NCBI GenBank assembly: GCA_000708835.1
Contig: DF237005.1
Location: 101,943 to 165,942, forward strand
DNA length: 64,000 bases
DNA from: Klebsormidium nitens
Lineage: Eukaryota; Plantae; Klebsormidiophyceae
Direction of reading: 5' to 3'
In this document: piece after piece, positions 25,901 to 36,900 of the stretch
How positions within the stretch are numbered: position 1 is the stretch's first letter
How the letters are laid out: every line of letters starts with the position of its first letter
Notes under the pieces: model-generated
The model's database searches: none
Seen by the model: only the letters and a program-made list of their open reading frames with translations
What the model was told of the DNA's origin: nothing
Position numbers and translations under genes: made by a program

Positions 25901-28900
25901 CGAGACAACGACCCTCGTTGAAAGATGACCATCCCAGATTACGTTTGTGCGTCGAACGCGGAACCACATTCGCATTGCTTGTTGACAATCGTCTTTACAC
26001 GATCATCTATACAAAGCTGATTGATCTCCTTCTCGGAAACATCTGCCGGCCCAAATGTGGAAGAAACCCATGCTTCGGAAAAACTTAAAATTCCGGTTCG
26101 AGGAGGGATTGGCATCATTATCAAACGTAGCAAATTGCCAGGAACGTGACTGAGGGCGGCTCAACGGCTGTGTTTGCGTAGATCTGATGGGGGACTTGAA
26201 TGTTCTTCTTTTGAAAGCCGCTGCTTCGTGGGCTTTACTGACGGGCCAGTTGAAGGTGATGTGGTGGGCAGCGTTTGACCCGTTTCCCGACTCGGCAGAG
26301 ATTCAAAATCAGAGGTTGATATTCACAGAGAGAGGTCAGCGTTTACCAAGCTCGGTTTGTGGCTGGTTAAGAACCCTTCTACCAAACGAACGTGGTCCAT
26401 GTCTTGTTCAATGCCCTTCAATCAGTCGGGGGTAAGGGCGAAAGCTTCGTGCATTTCTGCTGCATTCAAGCGCTTCTGGTGGGCACTTTCGAAATGCATT
26501 CAATTGTCGACCAGACTGCGAAACAGTCTGGTTTCGAGCTTGTCGATAAGGACAGTTGTCAGAATCGTGGGGACGAGTTTTAGTGGGCTCAGGCATACAC
26601 TTATCGCTTAACGGTCCCCATCTGTTTTGGTGGTCAGATGCTGCCACGTGTCGTCCTCACGATCACTCGGGAGGACGACGGACTCGCTATGCAACTGATT
26701 GCCATGTCTTAGGACCTAGCCTTTCTCGAACACCGAAACCACCTGACCCCTAAACCGCCACGACCAAAGACACATGCAACCCATCTCTTCCTCTGACACG
26801 ACCGATCGGGATAAGTAGCTGACACGACCTATCGAACTCATTGACAAAAGCCTTCGAATCCACCGACAAAACCCATCGAACTCACCGACAGGACGCATCG
26901 AATGCCCCACAAACCCCTCAAAGACACTGACAACAACCCATCAACTTCGCTGGCACAGTCTCTCCAATCCGACGACGCGACCCATCGGTATCTTCGCGAC
27001 AAAACACACTGCCAACGGAATTCATCGAGAATGACGACACGACCCACTAAAACCACCTTCGAAGCCAACGAACTACCTGTGCGCTCTCGTCAGCACCAGC
27101 CGCCTGAGCCTTGGCATGTCGAACGCGCAGCTCCGGGGGTAGATAAACCCGTACATCTGTACCGTTTCGAGGGTCTTCGACAGGCAGACCCGGCTTTGAA
27201 CCACGCGCGCGTCGACGTGGCCGCCCGAGGCGCAGGACGACAGCGCCAGGTGGCGAAGCGCCGGGAAGTGACACGTTATCGCGTTGATCGTGTCAGTGCC
27301 TGCGCGGTGGAGAGGCGGGATGACGTCAGCGGGGAGATTTATTGTGAACGTAAGGAAGGAAACGACCGACGCCCGCACGCCAAAAAAGGGCCTTTGAACG
27401 GCGTTCTAGTCACAGGTCTATTCGGAAGTCGAGTACTGAGAACTGAGGGCGTCTGAGTCGAATTTTAGTCGCAGGTTCTCAATGCTCAAGGTATTCGATG
27501 TTACTGACATGTTCATCTTTTGACAAGTGTAACGTCTACCCTATCAGTCCAAGGGACATATCAGCACGAAAGAACGGTCCATATGAAGCTCTTGAACTCT
27601 CAGAAGCGGCAGAAGCTTCTTCCAAACGTGGGCGACCCTTCAGACACAGATCCCGAGAAAGAGATCCAACCCACCATCTTCATCCAGGTTAGAAGCCCGC
27701 AAACACGCAGTTTAGACGGGTCCACGCATGGGTCCACTCACAGTGCGCCGCGTCGGCCAGCCCATGTAGCGTCAGGCTCTGCAGGCCCTCGTGCCGCCAC
27801 GCCCCTTCAAAGTGCGCGAGCATCGCATACGGTAACTCTCGTACCACCCGGCGGTTGCGCAACAACCGGCGCACGGAGCCGCAGAAGTTCTCTGTGGGGG
27901 CCACCCGCTCCTGCGTTCCTGACCCCCCCGCCAACGACTCCCCGTCATTCTCGTCCAACGCAAGTCCTTCGTAGCCTCCGCCTTGAGGAGCGCCGTCCGC
28001 GTTCCCCCCTCCCCCCGAAAGCACGTTTTGCACTTGCAGTGGGCCAAGTATTGCCGAGCTCGGTTCCAAGTCTGCAGAAACCTCATCAATCACAAACAAT
28101 CCGGAATTGGGGTCTTCACAGTCGAGCCCTTCGAATTCCGTGTAGTCACTGTCGCAGTCCGACGTGTCTGAGGGCTCACATACGTCGTCGTCCGAGTCGC
28201 AGTCCGACGGTAGTTTGACCAGCCCGGGAGGGCTGTCGGGGTGCAGTCGGAGGCGCAAAGTTTCAAGGGCAGGGCATGTGTTGGCGACGGCGGCTATAAA
28301 CGCTCCCAGTACACTGCAGGAAGAATGACAAGAGATGTGTTTGTTTTCAACCAACAATGATAGAGCGATTGACGATGCCAAGCAGGGATTCATCTCAAAA
28401 TGGCGACTGCCCACATCCACCAAAAACCCTCCCATGTCAAAGTGCCCCTGGTCAGACGCTCCAATCACGTTGTATGATACGACAAGAATGTGGACAGTTA
28501 TAGAATAATCTAGATTGATATACAGGAAGATGCTTCTGAGCTCAGTCCCTTATCGCATGGCTCCTGCTTTATGAAAGCAAGGCTTGAATAAACCTGTGCC
28601 AATGGCTGCGGTTGTCCTTTTGGATTATAACTCCAACTAAAGATGGATCTTAAGGGGACCATGAAGCCTCTGAGCACCTTCTTCAGAGAGACTATTGCAA
28701 GCGTTTAGACACAAGCGCCTTCTAACCAATAAGAGTAGTGACAAAATAAACAGATACATTGTGTGAAGGGGCTCCAAGATGCCGATGCAGATTGTTGTTC
28801 TGAAGGTTGACAAAAGTGGTCTCTGAAGCAGACAAAAGTGGTCTCCGAAGCAGTCACTCAAAGGCAAATTGTCTGTAGATGCATCAGCAACTCTTCATTA

Positions 28901-29442
28901 ACACCCTCACATGTTATTCTAAGTAATGGATATTGATTAAGGGATCAAGCGTACCTGACAGAGCTCCTCTTGCGCACAAACTTCAGCTGTATCTCGCGCA
29001 GGTCCTTTTGCAGCAGCTGCGCAATGCCAGGCAGATCTGCCACTCGCACGCCCCTCCACTCCAGCGCCCCCAAACTAGTTGGCAGCTCCCCCACTTCTTC
29101 CATTGCCTCCAAGCACCCTGCACACTTGTTCCCCGCACTCTCATCCATTCGCAGGACCAATGCATTTTTTAAGAGCCCTGGCAGTCTTTTCATAAGACCC
29201 TTGAGCTCAACCGAGCTTTGAGGCTCCCTTCGAGCTGAAGAAGAGCTCTGATGATCGCTGGATTGCGGGGGCACTTTTGTGTAGAAACGTGCGGTGTTGT
29301 TGACATTGGGGACTTGCAGCGCGATGCTCTTAAAGCGGCGGCTGACGAAGGAGGCGCGCAAGAGGTCCTTGGCGCCTAGCGAGCTGAAGATGGACACCCA
29401 CTGTTGGTCCGGCAAGGCATCGCACCCGCTACTGGTCTCCAT
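19927..29442 (-). CDS. F-box / leucine-rich-repeat (FBD/RNI-like) locus, one long gene or two adjacent related genes
   Basis: Exon 29442-28978 begins with an F-box (ALPDQQWVSIFSSLGAKDLLRASFVSRRFKSIA). Downstream exons carry recurring LRR-like units: TCPALETLRL (~28270), HFPALRHLAL (~27260), LHCPALK (~25760), ISCAALEDI (~25050), LKKLRELQV (~24500), ECPRLQKLQL (~23520), IQCPQLRELHL (exon 22752-22594), VTCPKLRELQV (~20095). An in-frame stop at 24271-24269 may end a first gene. The full exon chain was not resolved. Confidence 0.65.
26831..26904 (+). repeat. Degenerate 22-bp minisatellite (~3.5 units) in an F-box/LRR intron
   Basis: atcgaactcattgacaaaagcc / ttcgaatccaccgacaaaaccc / atcgaactcaccgacaggacgc / atcgaatg. 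Confidence 0.65.
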
Positions 29443-30947
29443 TCTGGCGACGCGGAAGCTTGCATTAAAGGATGCGCGCGGGTTTGAGCCGAGCTTAGCT
29501 GCAATTGCGTTGGAGGCCTGCCAGCTGTTACATGATCAGACGTTGCCTTGAACCGCGGAGCAGCAACGATTTGCAGCCTTCAGATGGCGGATCAGGCCAA
29601 ACGCGGTGATGCTGCTGTGAACCAGACGCAGGCTCCGCATCACGCTAGCTGTCACTCGTTTCCCATTGGGCGGGCAATGCACCTGCTCAGTGCTGGAACA
29701 CGACAGTAATGTACATAGTGAAACACCCGCTTCAGCTTTCAAGCGGATCAACGAAACATGCCCATGAGCCAGAACACACAGAATGCTCTGAAAGTGGACA
29801 TTGAAAAGCGCGCCATGTACCTATGTATTGCGTCGACCGCAGATTAGGCTGCCAGGGTGGCAGTTGACCCTAGGTTTTACTGCTATGTTAGGTCTCAACC
29901 CAGCTTAACACCGCAAATCCCGTTATATATAGAATGCCACGTGGGCAGGATCTGGGGTCCTGCTTGCCACCCGTGGCACACGTGGGCTGTTACCCAATCG
30001 ACTTGCGCAGTCTTGCGGGGTCTCGGGGGATCATCCGGAGGAGCACCTGCGGGCTTCAATTAGTTCAATGATGGACACAATCCTAGCCCGAGCTTATCGC
30101 TTGCATCATGCATGATGATGAGATATGCCGCCAGCTGCAATAGATTATTGTTGTATCAAGTTGCAGCCGCCAGCTTGACAAGCCCTTAGCCAGGTCTCTT
30201 GTAGTCCAGGCTTTGAGCCAATCACAGCCCCCCGCCATCTGCCAGAACGACAAGTCTGCATGCAATTTGCCAGGGGAAGCGCCCAGTTGTGACGTACCGT
30301 ATCCAGACAGCCAACAGATTCGCCTCGCTAGCAAGGCGGCGGATAACTAAAACCTGCATGGCTGGCCAGCGATCTCCGTTCTGTGAGTCTGCCAACAGCT
30401 AGCCCCACATTGCCAGCTGCTCGCCAGCTGCCCGCCAGCGTCGTCTTCCTTGTAAGCAGAGTTACCAAGCGATGGGACATTCTGAAGTGTGGGTTGCAGT
30501 GCTGCAACTATCACACAAGTGGAATGTCGAAGCCGATTGCCATTCAAGGAGCCCCATGATGCTTCTATCAGCTGGCCACAAAAGGAACTTTAATGATCAG
30601 GAAATCTGTCATGAGTCAGTCTGACCTGATCCGATCCAATCCAGTTTTGAATGGCCTTGAATGCATGTGGAATAGTGCACCTCCACAGCTGCTGTCCAAT
30701 AGCACACGAGCTATATACCCAGATTCATTGGTAGCGTTGTAAGGGCTCAGCGCATTCCAACTCCAGGCAGCCCAGCTTGAAGTTCCGTTCTCTTCATTCC
30801 AAGACTTTTGGCGGATTCTTTTCACTGCAGATCTCAGCGGGTGCATCGAGCTCAAGCGCTTGGAAACTCAGGACTTCTGCAATCTTGTGCATGCACCTGG
30901 AGCGCTTCGAAGTTAGCTGAGAGCGCTACTGTGACGTCAGCTCCAAA

Positions 30948-32201
30948 ATGGCTCCCTCCAGCAACCGCATCCTATTCAAGGCCACGGCCGCAGAGTTCCT
31001 CGGCACTGCGCTGTTTCTCTTCACAACCATCAGCGCCGTAACCAGTTATGGAGCAGGAGTTTTGGCGCCCATTGGCGTAGCGGCTGTGTTTGGCTTAACC
31101 ATCTTCGTTCTGGAAATTGGTTTGGGAGAAACCTGTGGCGGGCACTTTAACCCTGCGGTCAGCCTCGGGGTTTTCATCAACGGGGGGATGGGGTACCTGC
31201 AGTTCATTGCCTACTGGTTAGCCCAGGTTTTGGGAGCGATCACTGGAGCATGCTTTGCCCGACTGTGTGTGGGAGACCCGGTGTATGAGGTCAGCACACG
31301 GTTGCTTCTCGTCGCATCGCATCTTTGCTGAATCAGATTGTCACGCAAAGTGACAGCATAAGAATCGTGTCATGTAGAGCATGGGGCACTTATTTCTCTT
31401 GCAGGTTCAACGTTGTGGCCCCATTGTGCAGGTTTCTGTGTTCCTTAGGTGTCTGGCCCTTTCTTCTTAAAAGTTCTAAATATCACTGAATTGTCTTGTC
31501 AATGTCTCTACATCTGTAACCTGCATTGCTCATACTGGGCATCTGAATGTCTGATTGCTGTGCCCTGGTTGCTCATTGGGTGCTTTGGAGCTGCCAACAT
31601 GGGCACTCAATCTTTGGCGTTCATGAATCCTTCCAAATTTCTGGCAAAAGGGGGCCGGAGAGCTCACTTCCACTGTTTCAATGGCTGCTGTCATCTCCAA
31701 ACATAAAAGTTCATACAAGGCAACCCACTATCATCACAATAATTATTGAAATACTCACGGCCTCCCCCGCAGGCCAATGGTCGAGCTATAAACATAGTGG
31801 GTACCGGCCACAGCACCGGACGGGCCTTCCTGGCTGAGGTAATCGCGACCGGGTTTCTGGTCCTGGTCGTGTTGCAAACCGCCGGCACAAAACGGAACAA
31901 GAAGAACCGACAAGCGCGGGCCTGGGCGCCTCTCGCCATCGGCCTCGTAGTACTCGTGGATCACTTGGCGCTCGTCAGTATTGACGGCTGTTCCATCAAT
32001 CCGGCAAGAAGTCTGGGGGCCGCGACAGCTGGCTGGAGCAAAACTCATGCGTCCTGGAACCAAATGTGGATTTTTGTTATTGCGCCCCTAGTTGGGGGTG
32101 CCGTTGCGGGGCTGTTTAAGAGGGTGGTGATTCCTTGGGGCGATAAGGCGGCGGGGGTCGATGAAGAGGCCGCGCCGGCTTCCGGCGACTCAAAAGTTTG
32201 A
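30948..32201 (+). CDS. Aquaporin / major intrinsic protein, 2 exons (30948-31289, 31773-32201), 256 aa
   Basis: AEFLGT in helix 1, GGHFNPAVSLG and GCSINPARSLG (two NPA boxes), hydrophobic TM helices; GT/AG phase-0 intron. Confidence 0.95.
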
Positions 32202-33971
32202 AGATGGTGGGTTAAGTTAGTTGGGAAAATTTAATCGACGTTGAATACGATACCGAGTCCAAGTCCGCGGGCAGGATCTGCCTTTTACGGTCCACGGCTA
32301 AACATTGGCGCATTATATACACAGCACGGATAATTCCTCCACAGGTTATTTATACAGCCAGACACGTGTATAACGGTTCAGTAAGGAGTTTGGATGTTGT
32401 CTATATGTATCGGGCCAGAAAGCTCATCTATAACGTTAACGTACATTCGTCCAATTGGTCGCTCAAAACATTCAATTAAGGCACATGCCTTGTTGGGAAT
32501 ATCGTATAACGTTGGCAGCTGCGGGTCAGTTGAATGCGGGCTGAACCCAATCAAGGTAGGCACAGGATCTAATCTGTAATCTGCTCGCGGAGCTTGTGAT
32601 TACAAGAAATCGACGTAGCTGAAGACACAATCGGAAGCGTTCCAATCAATCAACTGTGGACAACTGCGTTAGTTGGGAGCTTTGTAAAGTATCTGTATGT
32701 ATGCTCATTCGTTTCACATGTAATCTCAAAGCGAGTCGCTTTCTGAAGGATGTGGAAGCGACAATGCACCGATCGCAGTCTCTTGAACCCCTAGACATTG
32801 TAGCTTGACCCGACAAAAGAATCTCCATCTCGAAGTCAACTTATATCGAACGAGATCATTCTTGCTTCGGATGGAGAGATCCACCTGTTGCAGTAAGCTT
32901 ACGAATGGCCCGGCATATGAAAAGCCAAAATGAATCTGCTTGGCCGCGCGTTGCAATAGCTAAGTTCAGCACATCACACTCGCCAAGCGTTACAGGCGGT
33001 CGAGACGTCAGTGCCGGGGCTGGACTTTCGGAGTAACTTTCCGCGCTATTGGCCTGGCCCGAATTGTCTCGTGGTACTTTGCCTACAAAGCTGCGGCCCC
33101 AAATACACGTCACCATTGTAGGTCGAGACTAAAAGTGACACTGATGTGAAATATTGAAAGGAAAACAGCTAGAGCACCGACATGCATGCATTCTTGTATA
33201 TAGTACACGATCTGCATGCGCATGTGCACGACCGATTTGCACATGCGTAGGAATACATTGAGGTACGGCAGATTGATCATGAAGGATATAAATGGAAGTG
33301 CGCTAGCCTGAACTCGGAAGGTAAGCCGCCAATTCATGCATGTGAGACATTAACCGTGCTTACTAGTGTATACGAGGCCTACTAGGCTAGGGCCATATCT
33401 AGTGATTTCTTGACAATTTATCAAACTTTGCTTCAGTAATTGTAAGCTTTGCATATCGGACGTACTTGCCAAGCAACTTGAAAACAGATTCCACGGGGGC
33501 GTTCCGAGCATTATGTGCAAAACTATGTAAAAGCGTGCCAGATATTTCTCCTTAGTTTTATTGAATGCTGTTTAATCGTGCAGACTCCTCAACAATTACG
33601 GGCGCTGGAATTTGACAGACTGAGTACAAAAATTCGTGGCGCCAAAACAATACGGACATACTGTTCATTGACAATCTAGCAATCGACAATGAGTATCGAC
33701 CACTTTGTATCGTCTGTTTAAACCGTGCAAATGCTGCCAGCGTGCCTCGACCTGAATTTTCGAAGATCTTATGAGCTGCAAGAACTGAGTTGTTGCTCTT
33801 AAGCTGTACACAAATTTCTATAAAAGGCAGAAATAAGTATTTGTCCCGGGGATGCTTGAAGGAAAATTGCGCAAGCTTTGACTCTACGTCGACAATCAAC
33901 AAGTGTGCAAGCTTTGACTCTACGACAAGCAGATGCAGCCCGCCGATGTTCCGTTCCGATGTTCCCCCGCT

Positions 33972-36900
33972 CTAGCGCTTCTGGAAGTTGATGTACCGGA
34001 GCGCCCACGTGGCGACGCTGAAGAAGACGACAATGAAGCCCAGCAGGATGGCGACCACCATGCCCAACAACTCGTGCTTGTATCCGAAGTAACTCCTGCA
34101 AAGATACAGAATGAAGCGCGCTTTCAACAATATTCCGAGGTATATTACTCGTGCTTCTAGCCAGAGCCACCCCGTGCACAAACGAAGGAAAACGCGCTTG
34201 ATAATGGTACTTGCAAGGCCAACAATCCGTGCTTGTACCCGAAGTAACTCCTGCATAGATACCGAAGGAAAGCGCGCGTTGACGGTACTTCGAGGCCCAC
34301 GACTCGTGTTTAACACCAAAGTAACACCCGTCACAGGAGGGGCAAATGAAAATGCTTTCGATGTTTGTGCTTGGCGTCTGCTTGAACCATCTGCAAGCTT
34401 TCAAGAAGAGAGAAGGGTCGACAAGGTTCGACCTTCGAGCGTGTTTCCAAAAGAAAAACCTGACGATGACAATGGACAAGCCGAGGCATGCAGCATGTTT
34501 GGAGAAGGACTCGTCCGTAAGAGAAATAACCCCGGTTCTGAAAAGGCCGCGTTCGGAATCTCCTGCGGCGCGCAGACCTTACTGCTGAACAGTAGCTTTA
34601 CCAAGCTTAGGTTCTCTATTCTTCGAGTTCATCAACCTTTCAGAAACTGAGTGACGTACTTGTTCCGGAAGGGTGCTTACAGCGCAAGACGGGGCCTGAG
34701 ATGAGCCAATCTCGGCACGGTAACGGTATCCGACAAGTTGAAAGAGGGCCTGACGAGAAACGACCGAAGAAGCACCTTGTGCAGGGGCAATCACCGAAGA
34801 ATTCTCGTCACCTGATACACTGAGACGCATCGAAGCAGAGAGTCCCTGAACGTGAGCTGTTAAGCGAGCTTGGGACACGAAGAGAAACGCGGCCCTACCT
34901 GATAAACTCCCTGATCGTGACGGTCGTTCCGTCGGCGTATGTAATCGTCTCATCCGTGATATCGCCAAGCTGAGAGCCAACGATACCGTAGAGAGACCAA
35001 GCAATTGGATTGATGTAGTAGATCCAAACCCACCAACCGGGAATGGCCTGCAAGAATGCAAGCACGAGTGCTGAGTGGTTTTGCAACTTGAATCGCGAAA
35101 CGTGGCAGATAAACTGCGGTTTTGGAGTGAAAGACACGGTCCTTTCGCACCCCAGATGCGCTTGCCTTTGGGCCATCTCCAGACGAGCTATGCGCCAAAA
35201 AGGACCCGCGTCCTCACTCGGTTCCGTTCGAACAGACAAAATTGGAAGAGCAGTTGTACGAATGGAGAATGGACCGAATGAATGAGGGACTAAACAATGT
35301 TGTGCGACCTCGAGCCCGGTGTAAGACCACGGGGAACGTGCCGGTTCCATAAGCCCATGCAAACGAGGCTTCGTACGGTAACACCCCGGACACTAGTATC
35401 GTCTCTTTGCTTATTATCCTGATAAGCAGAATCAGTTCACACCAAGGTGCTCATAGGTTGAGATCCACAGGTTGGCACGAGCATCGGACTATTCCAGACG
35501 TAGAACATCGGCCGAAATGCACGTGTGTTGCTCACCGGTAAGGGTGCAGGAGAAGAGGGTCCAGAGAAAGAAAATGCTGCAGACTTTCAAGTTCCTCGAA
35601 ATGGACACGTGTCGCTCACCCGTTAGGACAAGAGGACCCCGAGAACAAATCCACGAAAAGATCGAAGTGACTGCAGCCAAAATGGACACGTGTCGCTCAC
35701 CGGTTGGGGGATGAGGAAGCCGGAGAAGAGATTCCAGAGGAAGTAGAAGAGGACGCTGGTGACTTGCGCGAGCTGCACGCTGGGCGTTATGGCGATCGCC
35801 ATGATTCCGTAGTAGGTGAACAGGAACAGCGTCAGGAACATGAAGAGCAGGTACCACAGGAACTTGGCGGCGGCCCACTCCCAGGACACCAGAGCGTAGG
35901 TGACAACGGAGTAAAGAATGGTCTGGACCAAACTGCAGGGCAAAGGAAGGAATAAATCAGTTCAATAAGCGGACCAAGAGAAAGGCCAAGAAACCTCAGT
36001 TTTGTGAAGAATGAAGGGCAGGTACCACAGGAAATGGGCGGCGGTCCACTCCCAGGACACCAGTGCGTAGGTGGCGACGGAGTAAAGAATAGTCTGAACC
36101 AAACTGCAGATAAAACAGGAGGGAAATGTCGATTTGAAAAGAGGGCAAGAAAGAAGGTCCAGGGAGATCGTGAAGTTGAGAGATACAGTGCAGGAACTTG
36201 GCGAAGGCCCACTCCCAGGACACGAGAGCATAGTGGACTACGGAATAAAGGATCGTCTGAACCAAGGTGCAAGGGGGATAACAACATCTGCGTTTAGAAA
36301 GTGGACTTGCAGGAACGCCAAGGGACATCAAAAGTATGTGGAAGTCAAGAGCAGATGCCACGGGAATATGGCGGCGGTCCCCTCCGAGAAACCAGGGCGT
36401 AGGTGACGACCGAATATAGCATGGTCTGAACCAAACTGTACGGAAAGCGAAAGCAAGCGGGCTTGGAATCTGGTGACTAGGATGAAGACTGAAGGATTGA
36501 AATAGATTCTGCCAAGTGTAGAGCAGACACTAGAGGAACTTGGCAGCGTTCCACTCCAGAGAAACGAGGTGACAACGGAGTGAGACATGGTCTAGAACCA
36601 AGCTTTCGAGACAGAGGGTAAACGAAAGTAACGAGGTTTGGGAGAGGGGGGCGAGGACTCGGAGAGTATTGCTGACTGCGTCTAGAGTAAGGAGCAAAGT
36701 GCGACTCAAAGATACGTCGATTGGGTGTCCATGCTATACGGCATGTCTTCAGAGAGGAGAAGAAATGGCAACAAATTCAGGAGAGACTATCTGAAGCTGG
36801 ACGAGTCTTCCGACGTTTCAAGGTCCGTCAAAATTCTGCCCGAAGCAACCGTAATTCTCCAGCTGATCAGACCAAGAGCACGTACGTTCCGTCCGCTCGC

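Noticed and set aside
29550-30900. Several short ORFs between the F-box gene and the aquaporin
   Set aside because: No family motifs, no RT/transposase signatures; treated as intergenic or promoter sequence.
33868-33930. Short direct repeat gcaagctttgactctacg x2 in the ABCG 3' region (similar to the 22-mer pair at ~28811-28855)
   Set aside because: Two-copy micro-duplications with no further structure; noted only as background tandem-duplication activity.
35845-36602. Interpretation as a Dscam-style mutually exclusive exon cassette
   Set aside because: The copies cover only the first ~90 nt of a ~232-nt exon, lack matching donors, and carry stops, frameshifts or a lost AG.
35500-36602. CRISPR-like repeat/spacer appearance of the periodic repeats
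   Set aside because: Eukaryotic intronic context, the repeats are exon fragments, the units diverge, and there are no cas genes.
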